This document shows positions 1 through 11,001 of a DNA stretch of 64,000 bases, piece after piece; the stretch's first letter is position 1, and each line of letters opens with the position of its first letter. The translations under genes were made by a program, and so were the position numbers. Source of the stretch: Candidatus Sericytochromatia bacterium. GTDB lineage: Bacteria; Cyanobacteriota; Sericytochromatia; UBA7694; JACMQJ01. The notes under the pieces are model-generated. The model did no database searches. It was not told the DNA's origin and was given only the letters and a program-made list of their open reading frames with translations. The stretch spans positions 11,416-75,415 of the forward strand of contig BPII01000011.1 of NCBI GenBank assembly GCA_026004035.1, read 5' to 3'.

Positions 1-1
1 T

Positions 2-1174
2 AGGGAAGGATTATTAAAAGAGAATCCAAAAGTAAGAAGAGAAATAGAAGAAGCTTTGCTACTAATAGATACACCTCAAGGTAAAAGATTTTTTTCAGCA
101 GGATTACAAGAACCTGATTTAGATAATAAAGTTTTTTGCTTAAAAAACATATACAAAAGAGGTGGTTGGAGATTAGCTGAAAATCTTTTAAATATAGCTT
201 TTTCTGAAGAAACAGATATAAATATGAGCTTAGATATTATTAGTTTTATGGCAGAGTTTGCTGATTCTTCAATAATTGACTTTTTAATTGATAAGGATAT
301 TTTGATAAGAAATGAATTAAAAATACCTATTTTTCTATGCTTAATTTCAAGTAGAAGTAAAGAAGCTATAAATTTACTAGAAAAAAGTATAAATAATGAA
401 AGTGAATTAGAGAAAATTTTATATGGACTAATGTTATATCAATTTGATTTACCAGATGGAAGAAAGATATTAGATACATTTTTTATAGATAAAATTAATA
501 CTGAATATTTTAAGTTTCTTAAATATTTGGAATTTAATAAATCTAAATTTTATTTTGAAAAAAATTTGGATAAATCAAAAGAAATTCAATTAATTATAAT
601 TGATAATATAAAGGATAATAGAGGGACAGAATTAATTAAAACTTTTCTAAAGTCTAATGATAAAGAAGTTTTAATAAAATCTATAAAAAAAATAATAGAA
701 ATAGGTTCGAAAAGATTAAGTGAAAATATAGATTCAATAAATGTAGAAGATCAAGAATTAAATAAATATAAAACGATTTGTAAAGCATATTTTGGTGATA
801 AAGAAGCTATCAATAAACTATTATGTAAAGTAAATAAAAATAATATTTCAGATGAAAATATATTGGAAATTTTAGGGTATCTTTCAGACTTACAAGAAAA
901 TGATATATCAAATTATTTAAATGATTTTTTAACTGAAAAATATGAAAGTTTTTTAAACAATAAAATAGATTTGTTACTTTTAAAAAAAATAATAAAATTA
1001 TTAATTAAAAATGGTAAAATTTCATCTATACCTATTCTTAGAAAATATGTAAATAAAGATTTTCTTGATTCTAATAATTTATATAGCATATCTTCTTTAT
1101 CAGCAGCAGCTATCTTATGTATTATAGAAAAAAATACTAGTTATATTTTAAAGAAGAATGTCAAAAATTATTGA
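2..1174 (+). CDS. Helical (HEAT/ARM-like) repeat protein; 5' end runs off the window
   Basis: The frame is open from base 2 (REGLLKENPKVRREIEEAL...) into the 372-aa track ORF. The sequence is repetitive, helical and K/E/L/I-rich. No family recognised with certainty. Confidence 0.5.
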   Translation, partial: REGLLKENPKVRREIEEALLLIDTPQGKRFFSAGLQEPDLDNKVFCLKNIYKRGGWRLAENLLNIAFSEETDINMSLDIISFMAEFADSSIIDFLIDKDILIRNELKIPIFLCLISSRSKEAINLLEKSINNESELEKILYGLMLYQFDLPDGRKILDTFFIDKINTEYFKFLKYLEFNKSKFYFEKNLDKSKEIQLIIIDNIKDNRGTELIKTFLKSNDKEVLIKSIKKIIEIGSKRLSENIDSINVEDQELNKYKTICKAYFGDKEAINKLLCKVNKNNISDENILEILGYLSDLQENDISNYLNDFLTEKYESFLNNKIDLLLLKKIIKLLIKNGKISSIPILRKYVNKDFLDSNNLYSISSLSAAAILCIIEKNTSYILKKNVKNY

Positions 1175-1437
1175 AAAATAATAGTAATTTATACTCAAAC
1201 TTCCAAAGTTTGCATTTTTTCAAAAACTGAAATATTGAATAGTAGAGCTTTAATAGAAATTATAAAAAGTGCTATAATTTAACAGTAATAATGCAACACT
1301 TTAGAAAAAAATTAACAAATCCTGAAACCATTAGACTTGTTTCAACCTTTAAAATAAAGTTTTTTACAAAAATAGAAAATGGTTATAGTATAATATTTAC
1401 AATAGTTTAGCAATATAGTGTATTTTCAATAAAAATT

Positions 1438-1680
1438 TATGAAAATAAGTCCAACTGATAAAGATTGGTTTAAGAATTTAGTTTTAATAACTGATTTAGG
1501 TCATTTGAAGACTATAAATGTAAAAAGGTAATAATGAAAGATAAAAAACAAAAGTAAAAAGAATTAACAAGAAATCAAAAATTAAATAACAAGAAAAATC
1601 TAAAATGAGAATAAAAGTAGACCATTATTTATAACTTAAGCGCGGTTCCAAAAAGTGCAAACCAATTTTAGTTTAATATA
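1438..1680 (+). mobile_element. Degraded IS4/IS5-type (DDE) transposase C-terminal remnant
   Basis: Pieces appear across frames with stops between them: ...NLVLITDLGHLKTINVKR*, ...KKELTRNQKLNNKKNLK, MRIKVDHYL. They resemble the 'aDkGY.g...P.KK...Lt.eqk..Nk.ls..R..vEh' tail of IS5-family transposases. No intact ORF or clear ends. Confidence 0.35.
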
Positions 1681-1741
1681 AGTTTAAAATTAAAATCTAA
1701 GCTATAATTATATATGTTATTTTCACCAAAAATTTATATTT

Positions 1742-2461
1742 ATGAATGAAATTAAAATACTCATTATAACTTCCTGCTCAGGTGAAAAAAAAATAAATGT
1801 AGATAATCCAGCAATAGCTAAAGAAATTGACAATATAGAGTTGAGAATTAAAAAAGAAGAAGAGCTTAAAGAATATAAATTAACTGCTAAAGAAATGTTT
1901 ATAAGTAATCAAAATATCATTTTAAACTTAGCAATAAGTAATATAAAAAATATTGATATTTGTTATTTATCATCAGCTTATGGATTAATTAATCAAGATG
2001 AATTAGTTATACCTTATGATATAAATTTTTCAGCAATGTCTTTAAATGACATAGATAATCGTTCTAAATTTTTGAAGATAAATGAAGAATCCTATTATAA
2101 ATGTAAAAATTATGATTTAATATTTTTTCTATTGAATATTGAATATATAAGGTTTTTAAACTTACCAATAAATCTACCAGAAAGTAAAAAACAAATTTTT
2201 ATTATAAGTAGTAAAGATGAAAAATTTTTATCAAATATAGAAAATATTTATTATTTAGCTTTTAGTATAGATGAAATTTATAAGTTTAATATGCATTTAA
2301 ATGATTTTAGAGCAAAAATTATAAAAATAATTTGTAAAGAATATAAAAACGATAATAAAGTTTTTTTAAAGATATATAATAATCCTTTATACATAAGGGA
2401 CATAATAAGTAATTATTTGTATAAAGATAAATTTGAACAACTTAACTTTTTTGATACTTAA
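1742..2461 (+). CDS. Hypothetical protein, possibly DUF6884-like
   Basis: 239-aa ORF. The N-terminal 'ILIITSCSGEK' and the central 'YLSSAYGLINQDELVIPYDINF' resemble the DUF6884 pattern as I remember it. Function unknown. Confidence 0.5.
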   Translation: MNEIKILIITSCSGEKKINVDNPAIAKEIDNIELRIKKEEELKEYKLTAKEMFISNQNIILNLAISNIKNIDICYLSSAYGLINQDELVIPYDINFSAMSLNDIDNRSKFLKINEESYYKCKNYDLIFFLLNIEYIRFLNLPINLPESKKQIFIISSKDEKFLSNIENIYYLAFSIDEIYKFNMHLNDFRAKIIKIICKEYKNDNKVFLKIYNNPLYIRDIISNYLYKDKFEQLNFFDT

Positions 2462-2611
2462 AATAGGTTTAATTAATAATTAATTTAATTAATAATAAAC
2501 AGAAAACTAAAAAAAATAAATTTTTGTTTCAAAATATTCTAAATTTTTCTGTGAATTGGCACTGGGATTGAGTTATATAAAAAATTACCTTTAAACGATG
2601 GTAAATACTAA

Positions 2612-2698
2612 ATTTAAAGTATATTTTAATATAAATCTTTAAAATGCTTACTATTAATAGATTTTAAGCTTATCAAAAAATAACATTAGCCCAGTACC
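2612..2698. repeat. 87-bp dispersed intergenic repeat, copy A (inverted relative to copy B at 22642-22728)
   Basis: The reverse complement aligns base-for-base with 22642-22728, with about 9 mismatches in 87 by hand alignment. A short motif 'ggcactggg' at about 2553-2561 is inverted relative to 'cccagtacc' at 2690-2698. Confidence 0.8.
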
Positions 2699-2762
2699 AT
2701 AAAAAATACAAAAAATTGTTTATTTAATGCTATATTAATTTAATTCTTAATTATAATTTATT

Positions 2763-3680
2763 ATGAATAAAAAAAGTATTACTTTAGGTTTAATATTAGT
2801 TACTCTTTCTTTAATTTTTATAAAAAGGGCTAATAAAAAATGTAACTTACTAAACAATAAAGGAAAATATGTTCTAGTTACTGGAGCATCTACTGGTATT
2901 GGTAGAAGTATAGTTGAGAAATTAGCTTTAAATGATTATATAGTATTTGCAACTGCAAGAAAAGATAAGGATTTAGAAAATTTATCTAAAATAAAAAATA
3001 TTATTCCTATAAAAATGGATTTACTAGACCATAATTCGGTCTTACAAGCTAAAAGTGAAGTTAAAAAACAATTAAACGGAAATAAATTATTCTCAATAAT
3101 TAATAACGCTGGTATTGCAATAGGTGGTCCAATTGAATTAATACCAATGGAAGAATTAAGAAAACAATTTGAAGTTAATTTTTTTGGAACAGTAGATGTA
3201 ATACAAACCTTTTTTTCATTATTAGATGAAAAACATTCAAAAATTATAAACATGAGTTCTGTTGGTGGAAAAGTAGCAAATCCTTTTATGGGTCCTTACA
3301 ATGCTTCAAAGTTTGCTTTAGAAGCTATGTCTGATTCTTTAAGAAGAGAATTATTGAATACAAATATTGATGTAATAGTAATAGAACCAGGTAGAATTGT
3401 AACTCCTATATGGGATAAAGCTGAAGATATAGATCCAAAAAAGTATAAAGATTCAAGATATTATGAAGTTTTAGGAAGAGTTAAGAAATTTATAATAAGT
3501 AGAGGTAAGCTAGGAGCACCACCTGATAAAGTATCAAAAAAAGTAATAGAAATTTTATCTAACAAGAATAATAAAGCTAGATATTGGGTTTCAAGCAAAC
3601 CTTTAATAGAAGTATTTATACCTAAACTTTTACCTGATAGAGTTTTAGATAAAGTAATAAAAAGATTTCTTAAAATTTAG
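2763..3680 (+). CDS. Short-chain dehydrogenase/reductase (SDR) with N-terminal membrane anchor
   Basis: TGASTGIGRS cofactor motif, NNAG, and the catalytic YNASKFAL (YxxxK). The N-terminus is hydrophobic. Confidence 0.85.
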   Translation: MNKKSITLGLILVTLSLIFIKRANKKCNLLNNKGKYVLVTGASTGIGRSIVEKLALNDYIVFATARKDKDLENLSKIKNIIPIKMDLLDHNSVLQAKSEVKKQLNGNKLFSIINNAGIAIGGPIELIPMEELRKQFEVNFFGTVDVIQTFFSLLDEKHSKIINMSSVGGKVANPFMGPYNASKFALEAMSDSLRRELLNTNIDVIVIEPGRIVTPIWDKAEDIDPKKYKDSRYYEVLGRVKKFIISRGKLGAPPDKVSKKVIEILSNKNNKARYWVSSKPLIEVFIPKLLPDRVLDKVIKRFLKI

Positions 3681-3863
3681 TCTTTTATTAATTATTTTAT
3701 AATAATATATTGTAAGTATTTTCTAAAAAAAATCTATGAAAAAGATATTTTTTATTTTAGTTGGTAATCTGAATAACTTACAAAATTATCCAAGTGATGA
3801 TTTATCAAGTAAAATTGTTTTTTTACTTATTTGGAAAATATAAAAATGATATTATAGCTTAGT

Positions 3864-4871
3864 TTGAATATAATGATAATTTTAGCAGTTGAAAGTAGTT
3901 GTGATGAAACATCTATCGCTTTAGTTGAAAATGGAAAAAATGTTATTGAAAATTTAGTTTCATCTCAAATAGAAATACATTCAAGATATGGTGGAGTAGT
4001 TCCAGAGATAGCTTCAAGACAACATGTAAAAATCATTAATATAATTTTAGAAAAAATAATTGAAAAATTTAACTTAAATAAAATTGATGCTGTAGCTTGT
4101 ACTTATGGTCCGGGATTACAAGGATCTTTACTTATAGGACTAATTTTTGCGAAAACAATTTCTTGGATTTATAATAAACCATTTATACCAGTGAATCATT
4201 TAGAAGGACATATATATTCATCTTTTATAGAAAATAATATTGAACTACCATTTATCACATTACTTGTTTCAGGGGGACATACTCAAATAATATTATTTAG
4301 AGATTTTGAAAAATATCAGATAATAGGTAAGACCAAAGATGATGCTGTTGGTGAAGCATTTGATAAAGTAGCAAGATTACTTGATTTGTCTTATCCAGGT
4401 GGACCAGAAATAGATAAATTAGCTCAAAAAGGTAATAAATATGCTTTCAAATTTACAAAACCTATGCCAAATACTTATGACTTTAGCTTTAGTGGAATAA
4501 AAACTGCTGTTCTTTATAAATTAAAAGAGTTGAAAGAAAATAATATTGAAATAAATAAAAATGATATTGCAGCAAGTTTTAATAAAGTTATTGCAGAAAC
4601 TCTTGTTGAAAAACTTATTAAAGCATGCAGAGAGTATAATATTAATAGAGTTTCTGTTGTAGGTGGAGTATCAGCTAATACACTTATAAGAGAAGAATTA
4701 GAAGAAAAATGTAAAGAAAATAATATAAAAATGTATTTACCTTCTTTAAAATATTGCACAGATAATGCCGCTATGATTGCTACAGCAGCTTATTATAAAT
4801 TAAAAAATAAACCCTTAGATAATTTTAGAAATTTAGATATAGAAGCTATTTCAAGAGTAAATATTTTATAG
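3864..4871 (+). CDS. tsaD: tRNA N6-adenosine threonylcarbamoyltransferase TsaD
   Basis: ILAVESSCDETS, GGVVPEIASRQH, VNHLEGHI, LLVSGGHT and GGVSAN motifs. The true start may be the ATG at 3873. Confidence 0.9.
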   Translation: MNIMIILAVESSCDETSIALVENGKNVIENLVSSQIEIHSRYGGVVPEIASRQHVKIINIILEKIIEKFNLNKIDAVACTYGPGLQGSLLIGLIFAKTISWIYNKPFIPVNHLEGHIYSSFIENNIELPFITLLVSGGHTQIILFRDFEKYQIIGKTKDDAVGEAFDKVARLLDLSYPGGPEIDKLAQKGNKYAFKFTKPMPNTYDFSFSGIKTAVLYKLKELKENNIEINKNDIAASFNKVIAETLVEKLIKACREYNINRVSVVGGVSANTLIREELEEKCKENNIKMYLPSLKYCTDNAAMIATAAYYKLKNKPLDNFRNLDIEAISRVNIL

Positions 4872-4995
4872 CTTATAATTTTTTGATAAATCATGTAATG
4901 AAAAAAATGTATGTTTTAATTATAACTAGATAAAAGCATCTTTAAATGTTAAAATTTTTATTATAAAAAATTAATATTATATAAGGAGAATTAAC

Positions 4996-6465
4996 TTGGA
5001 AGCAGTAGTTAAAGATGTAGAAGAAAGTCTTTTGAAAAAATTAAGAGATAATCCTTTAGATTATATAACCCTTAATAAAATAGGATACATATACCTTCAT
5101 TCTAATAATTTAGTTAAATCTGAAGAAGTTTATTTAAAATCTATAAACATAAATCCTGACCAATTTGAACCTTATGTAAGTCTAGGATTAATTTATACAA
5201 TAACAATGAATCTTGGAAAATCATTATACTATTTGCTAAAAGCTAAACTTTTTAACTCTGAATCAGAAGAACTTATAAAATCAATAGAAGAAATTTATTC
5301 AGCTATAAAAAATAAATATTCTTCTTTATCACAAGAAGAAATTAATAATTTATTTAATGAAGCTATGTCTTTGCTAGATAAAGAATTTAATCAACAAGCT
5401 ATTGAAAAACTATTAATCTTGTTAGTTTTAATTCCAGAAAATGACTTACTTATAGAAGGCTTGTCATCTGCATTAATAAAAAATAATGATTATGATTTAA
5501 GTATATTAATTTTAAATGATTTAATAAATAAGTATAATAGCCCACTAGCACATTATTATATCGGAGTTGCTTATAACTTTTTATCTAAACCTGAAAAGTC
5601 TAAATTTTATATAAATAGGTCTATAGAGTTAAAACCATCTTTACTAAATCCATTATTAAGTAATAAAATAAGTATTAGAAAAGATTATGAAGAAGAATAT
5701 TTAAATGAATGTCCGATTTGTAAAAGTAAAGATATTGAATTAAATAAAGTATTTAACCAAAGTTTTTTGTCAATAAACTATAATATTATCAATCCAATAA
5801 GACAGTGGTATTTGTGTAAAGAATGTGATTTAATTTTTGCTAATCCAAGACCAACAAAAAGAGCATCTTATAACTATTCAGTAGAATTATTTTTGGATAA
5901 CAGAAATAAATATAATTTAGATAAATTAATGTTAGAAAGTAACGCTTATAATGATAGGCTTAACAATATTTTGAAATTTAAAAAACACGGTAAATTACTA
6001 GATATATTTTCTGATACTGGAATTTTTCTAAGTATAGCGCTAGAAAAAGATTGGGAAGTTTTTTCAGTAGAAGAAAATGATTTAAAATCTAAATTTATAA
6101 AATCAATATACCCTGAAATAAATATACAATGTGATATAAATAGTTTTTCAAAAGAAAAGTTTGATGTAATAACATTGTGGGAAAATATAGAGAGAATAAT
6201 AGACTTAGATTTTTGTTTAAAATTAATTTCAAAAATGCTTAAAAAAAAGGGATTATTTGCTATATCATTTCATAATAGAAATAGTTATATATCAAAAGTT
6301 ATTTCTAATAATGAACCTATATGGTCATACCCTGATTATGTATATATTTATAATAAAAAATATTTGGTAAATTTGTTTGAAAAATACAAATTAAGACTTG
6401 TAGATTCTCAAATTGTATGGCGTAAATATATGTCTAATACAGAATTATATTTTATTAAAGATTAA
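4996..6465 (+). CDS. TPR-repeat / Zn-ribbon / class I SAM-dependent methyltransferase fusion protein
   Basis: N-terminal TPR-like repeats, CPICKS...CKECDLIF cysteine pairs, and a C-terminal methyltransferase-like region (LLDIFSDTGIF). TTG start preceded by AAGGAG. Confidence 0.65.
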   Translation: MEAVVKDVEESLLKKLRDNPLDYITLNKIGYIYLHSNNLVKSEEVYLKSININPDQFEPYVSLGLIYTITMNLGKSLYYLLKAKLFNSESEELIKSIEEIYSAIKNKYSSLSQEEINNLFNEAMSLLDKEFNQQAIEKLLILLVLIPENDLLIEGLSSALIKNNDYDLSILILNDLINKYNSPLAHYYIGVAYNFLSKPEKSKFYINRSIELKPSLLNPLLSNKISIRKDYEEEYLNECPICKSKDIELNKVFNQSFLSINYNIINPIRQWYLCKECDLIFANPRPTKRASYNYSVELFLDNRNKYNLDKLMLESNAYNDRLNNILKFKKHGKLLDIFSDTGIFLSIALEKDWEVFSVEENDLKSKFIKSIYPEINIQCDINSFSKEKFDVITLWENIERIIDLDFCLKLISKMLKKKGLFAISFHNRNSYISKVISNNEPIWSYPDYVYIYNKKYLVNLFEKYKLRLVDSQIVWRKYMSNTELYFIKD

Positions 6466-6474
6466 ATGAAAAAA

Positions 6475-7149
6475 CTAATCATCTGATCTATTAAACCATA
6501 CTAGTAATTCAAGTATATTTTGAAATAATAATATAAAATCCAGATACAAAGTTATAGAAGCAACTATATAATCTTTATCAGAAAAATATCTTCTTATATT
6601 TGACATATCATATAATATAAAAATTGAGAAAATAACTACGGATACTGCTGATATTATTAAATTAAAAGTGCTACTACCTAAAAATATATTTACTATTGAA
6701 GCTATAATTATTCCTATTAATGAAAAAAGTAATATATTTCCTAAACCAGAAAAATCTTTTTTTGTAGTATAAGCAAAAACACCTATAACACTAAAAGTTA
6801 AAAAAGTTACTGCTAATGCTTGGACTATCACACTAACACCTGATAGTTTTAAAGCATATTGTAATATGCCTGTTAATGTAACTCCATTTATTACTGTAAA
6901 TAATGAAAAAATACCAATATTTATATTACCTTTTTCATTATAAGCCCATAATCCTGAAGTTAAAACTAGTATAAAAGACAAAATAGCACATACTATTTTA
7001 AATATAAAGCTAGTATTCCAACCTATATAAGCTCCTGCAGCTGTAAGTAAAAGTCCTATACCAAATATAGGCATAACTAAAGTTGTAAAAGCTGAGGAAC
7101 TCATTCCTCCTACATAATTAGATGAATATTTTCTTACATCTATAGCCAT
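6475..7149 (-). CDS. BAX inhibitor-1/YccA family membrane protein
   Basis: Seven hydrophobic segments. The C-terminal 'LYDMSNI...YLDFILLFQNIL' is typical of the family. Confidence 0.8.
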   Translation of the reverse strand: MAIDVRKYSSNYVGGMSSSAFTTLVMPIFGIGLLLTAAGAYIGWNTSFIFKIVCAILSFILVLTSGLWAYNEKGNINIGIFSLFTVINGVTLTGILQYALKLSGVSVIVQALAVTFLTFSVIGVFAYTTKKDFSGLGNILLFSLIGIIIASIVNIFLGSSTFNLIISAVSVVIFSIFILYDMSNIRRYFSDKDYIVASITLYLDFILLFQNILELLVWFNRSDD

Positions 7150-7350
7150 ATTTCTTAACTCCTTAAGTAAATATATTACCTAATTAAAATTTTAACATAA
7201 GAATAGAAAATTATTTCAATAGTTTTACTACTATTAAATTTTTGTTTCTTTATAAAGTTATAGTAAAATTCTTGCACTAAATATGGTATTTTTTAAATAA
7301 TTCCTTTATTTAATAAATTTAAGTGTAAAAGTATAGCATTTAAAAATAAA

Positions 7351-7423
<73 letters not shown>

Positions 7424-7503
7424 TTTATATAAATCATAGGAATGATAAACTTTATTTATAAAGTTGTCAATTCTAGTATAAAAAAACTTTACGAAATTAA
7501 ATT

Positions 7504-8343
7504 CTATAATACCACATAAACTATATAAAATAAATATGGAAATCCTAATAATATATAGCTATCTATCCTATCTAAAAGTCCTCCATGACCTGGTATAAGA
7601 TTTCCTGAATCTTTTTTTCCTAAATCTCTTTTTATTAAAGATTCTACTAAATCTCCTATTTGTGATATTATTGAAACTATAAGTCCCAGAATTATTGCAT
7701 GCATATAATTAATATTTATAAAATATGAAAATACTACTGATATAAATATAGAAGCAAAAGTTCCACCAATAGAACCTTCTAGTGTTTTGTTTGGACTTAT
7801 TTCCTGTATTAACTTATGCTTACCAAATTTTTTGCCTACAAAATAAGCGAAAATATCACAAAAAGCGCAAGAAAAAAGTAGCATTAATAAATATTTTTCA
7901 CCATTATTTATAGATCTCAATATTATTACATAACTAGGAAAAAAACCTAAGTAAATTAATCTAAATATTGAAAAAGAAAAATTACCTATACTTATTCTAG
8001 GTTTTTTAATTATATTAATAAAAAATGTGATTAAAAATAATGTTCCTATTATAAAAGTATTTTTTGTAATTATAAAAGGAAGAATATTTTTTAAAGTCAA
8101 AGTATCAAAATTTTTTAAACTTCTTACTGATAAAAAGGTATCTATTAATATTAATAGTATAAATGAACTTGTTTGAATTAGATTATCATTATATTTCTTT
8201 TCATTAACTAGTAATTGTAATTCATAGTTACATACTAATATAGCAGTAACTACCATTAAAAACCAACTTAAGAGAGAACACCAAGCAAAAATTACTCCTA
8301 ATGTAGCAATTATTATGCCACTAAATACTCTTTTTAATAACAA
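7504..8343 (-). CDS. cdsA: Phosphatidate cytidylyltransferase
   Basis: SPNKTLEGSIGG and GDLVESLIKRDLGKKDSGNLIPGHGGLLDRIDS signature. Polytopic membrane protein. Confidence 0.9.
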   Translation of the reverse strand: MLLKRVFSGIIIATLGVIFAWCSLLSWFLMVVTAILVCNYELQLLVNEKKYNDNLIQTSSFILLILIDTFLSVRSLKNFDTLTLKNILPFIITKNTFIIGTLFLITFFINIIKKPRISIGNFSFSIFRLIYLGFFPSYVIILRSINNGEKYLLMLLFSCAFCDIFAYFVGKKFGKHKLIQEISPNKTLEGSIGGTFASIFISVVFSYFININYMHAIILGLIVSIISQIGDLVESLIKRDLGKKDSGNLIPGHGGLLDRIDSYILLGFPYLFYIVYVVL

Positions 8344-8346
8344 TTT

Positions 8347-8904
8347 TTATATTTCTAGAATTTCTTTATTTTTTGCTTCTATTAGTTTATCTACTTCAGA
8401 TATAAATTTATCAGTTTGTTTTTGAACTTTATCTTGGGCTTTTTTACTTTCATCTTCTGATATTTTACTTTCTTTTTCTAATTTTTTTATTTTGTCTATT
8501 GCTGTTCTTCTTTCGTTTCTTAATGCAACTTTTCCTTCTTCTCCTATTTTATTTACTACTTTCTTTAATTCATTTCTTCTTTCTTGTGTTAATTGAGGTA
8601 TTACTATTCTAATTGAATGTCCATCATTACTTGGCATAATGCCTAAATCAGATTTTTGTATTGCTTTATCTATGACTGATAACATATTTTTTTCAAAAGG
8701 TGTTATTACTATTGTTCTAGAATCAGGTGTAGTTATATTTGCAACATTTTTAACAGGAGTCATTGTTCCATAATATTCAACATCTACTCTGTCTAACATA
8801 TTAACACTTGCTCTTCCAGCTCTAACAGATGCTAATTCTTTTTTTAGAGCTTGAATACTTTTATTCATTTTTTCTTCTAACTCTGAGAAAATACTATCAA
8901 GCAT
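8347..8904 (-). CDS. frr: Ribosome recycling factor
   Basis: 185 aa, with ...LASVRAGRASVNMLD...V.YYG...P and conserved synteny with pyrH. Confidence 0.95.
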   Translation of the reverse strand: MLDSIFSELEEKMNKSIQALKKELASVRAGRASVNMLDRVDVEYYGTMTPVKNVANITTPDSRTIVITPFEKNMLSVIDKAIQKSDLGIMPSNDGHSIRIVIPQLTQERRNELKKVVNKIGEEGKVALRNERRTAIDKIKKLEKESKISEDESKKAQDKVQKQTDKFISEVDKLIEAKNKEILEI

Positions 8905-9630
8905 TTATAAACCTCCAACAATAGTACCTATATTTTGACCCATAATTATCTTTGACATTGCACCTTTTTGAGTAAAATCAAAAACTATTATAGGTATATT
9001 ATTATCTCTACAAAGAGACAAAGCTGATGTATCCATTACTTTTAAATCTTTATTTATAACATCTTTGAAAGATATAGTTTCAAACTTTACTGCATTTGGA
9101 TTAATATTTGGATCGCTATCATATACACCATCAACTTTATTCTTTGCCATTAAAATTATATCAACATTCATTTCTGCTGCTCTTAATGATGCTGCTGTAT
9201 CTGTTGTAAAATAAGGATTTCCTGTTCCACCAGCAAATATAACAACTCTACCTTTTTCAAGATGTCTTATTGCTCTTCTTCTAATAAAAGATTCAGCTAC
9301 CTGATGAATTTGTATTGCTGTTTGAACTCTAGTTGGTATTCCTTTTTTCTCAAGAGCATCTTGTAATGCTAAACTATTCATTACAGTTGCTAACATTCCC
9401 ATGTAATCAGCTGTAGCTCTATCCATACCTTTAGCACTACCTGCTAATCCTCTAAATATATTTCCACCACCAACTACTATACAAACTTGAACACCTAATT
9501 TAACAACATCTTTTATATCATCAGCTATATCATTAACAACACTAGGATTTATACCATAGCCTCTGTCTCCCATTAAAGCTTCACCACTTAGCTTTATCAA
9601 AATTCTATGGTATTTAATCTCTTTATTCAA
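8905..9630 (-). CDS. pyrH: UMP kinase
   Basis: [21 protein letters not shown] and [11 protein letters not shown] motifs. Confidence 0.95.
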   Translation of the reverse strand: MNKEIKYHRILIKLSGEALMGDRGYGINPSVVNDIADDIKDVVKLGVQVCIVVGGGNIFRGLAGSAKGMDRATADYMGMLATVMNSLALQDALEKKGIPTRVQTAIQIHQVAESFIRRRAIRHLEKGRVVIFAGGTGNPYFTTDTAASLRAAEMNVDIILMAKNKVDGVYDSDPNINPNAVKFETISFKDVINKDLKVMDTSALSLCRDNNIPIIVFDFTQKGAMSKIIMGQNIGTIVGGL

Positions 9631-9632
9631 AA

Positions 9633-10226
9633 CTATTCACCTAAAGCAAATCTTACAAATCTTTTTACAGTTATATTTTCACCAATCTTAGCAATAGCTT
9701 CTTTTATTAATTGACCTACTGTTATATCATTATTTTTTACAAAAGGTTGATCCATTAAGCAAATTTCAGATAATATCTTATCTAATCTACCAGATATAAT
9801 TTTTTCTTTAACATTATCAGGTTTATTACTTAAGTCAGGTTGAGCAAGTAATATTTCTTTTTCTTTTTCTATAAAATCAGTAGGTACATCTTCTTTTTTT
9901 ACATAAGCAGGTTTAAATGCTGCTATATGCATAGCTAAATCTTTAACAAGTTGTTGAAAATCACTATTTCTAGCTACAAAATCAGTTTCGCAATTAACTT
10001 CAACTAAAACACCAATTTTACCGTTCATATGAATATATGAACCAATTATTCCTTCAGAAGTTTTTCTATCTAATTTGCTTTCAGCTTTTAAAGCTCCTTT
10101 TTTTCTTAATAGTTCAATAGCTTTATCTATATCACCATTAGTTTCAGATAAAGCTTTTTTGCAATCCATCATACCCAAACCAGTTCTTTCTCTTAGTTCT
10201 TTAACTAAACTAGCAGTTATTTCCAT
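9633..10226 (-). CDS. tsf: Translation elongation factor Ts (short form)
   Basis: The N-terminal [23 protein letters not shown]-like motif. Synteny with rpsB. Confidence 0.95.
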   Translation of the reverse strand: MEITASLVKELRERTGLGMMDCKKALSETNGDIDKAIELLRKKGALKAESKLDRKTSEGIIGSYIHMNGKIGVLVEVNCETDFVARNSDFQQLVKDLAMHIAAFKPAYVKKEDVPTDFIEKEKEILLAQPDLSNKPDNVKEKIISGRLDKILSEICLMDQPFVKNNDITVGQLIKEAIAKIGENITVKRFVRFALGE

Positions 10227-10250
10227 TATTATTACTCCTTATAAAAAATA

Positions 10251-11001
10251 CTATACGGTAGCTTCTTCTTTTTCTAATTCTTGATTATCATCTTCTTTTG
10301 TTTGTTCTAGTGTTTTATTATTTTTACCTTCTATAATAGCATCAGCTATTTTAGAAGTTATTAGTTTTATAGCCTTCATTGAATCATCATTACTTGGTAT
10401 AGGAAAATCTACTAAATCGGGATTACAATTTGTATCAACCATAGCAACTATTGGAATATTTAATTTTCTAGCTTCAGTAACAGCTAAATGTTCTTTTTCT
10501 GTATCTACTACATATAATAAATCAGGTAATCTATTCATTTCCTTTATACCACCTAATGATTTATTTAACTTACTTATTTCTTTTTCAATTTGCGCTATTT
10601 CTTTTTTATTTAGGTTATCAAAATAACCATTATTTTTTTTATCTTCTAAATCCTTTAAGTAAGCTATTCTTGATTTTATTGTATTAAAATTTGTAAGCAT
10701 ACCACCAAGCCATCTATGATTTACATAAAACATATTTGCTCTTAAAGCCTCATCTCTTATGCAATCTTGTGCTTGCTTTTTGGTTCCAACAAATAATACT
10801 ATTGTTGTTTCATTTGAACACATTTTTTTTACAAATGTGTGTGCTTTTTCTAAATAAGTAAGGGTTTTTTTTAGATTTATTATATAGACTTTATTTTTTT
10901 TCTCCAAAAATGAATTGAGCCATTTTCGGATTCCATTTTCTAGTTTGATGTCCAAAATGAACACCAGCTTGTAAAAGCTCTCTTGTTGTAAGATTTAACA
11001 T
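10251..11001 (-). CDS. rpsB: 30S ribosomal protein S2, interrupted by a +1 frameshift in an A8 run
   Basis: The ATG at 11001 (RBS AAGGAG) gives [35 protein letters not shown], then a stop. The rest of S2 ([11 protein letters not shown]...) continues in the track ORF 10251-10964, offset +1. The junction is the T8 run at 10894-10901 on the + strand, which is A8 in the mRNA sense. Confidence 0.9.

Noticed and set aside
2936-3253. Antisense or overlapping 'shadow' ORFs from the track: 2936-3253, 4514-4759, 10075-10284, 12672-12854, 13728-13985, 20872-21108, 21531-21887, 36023-36346, 45993-46178, 49114-49299, 49390-49683, 55903-56184, 56184-56366, 61069-61260, 62335-62556
   Set aside because: Each lies wholly inside a longer ORF with clear family motifs on the opposite strand or in another frame. 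They have low-complexity I/L/F/S-rich composition typical of antisense AT-rich coding DNA.
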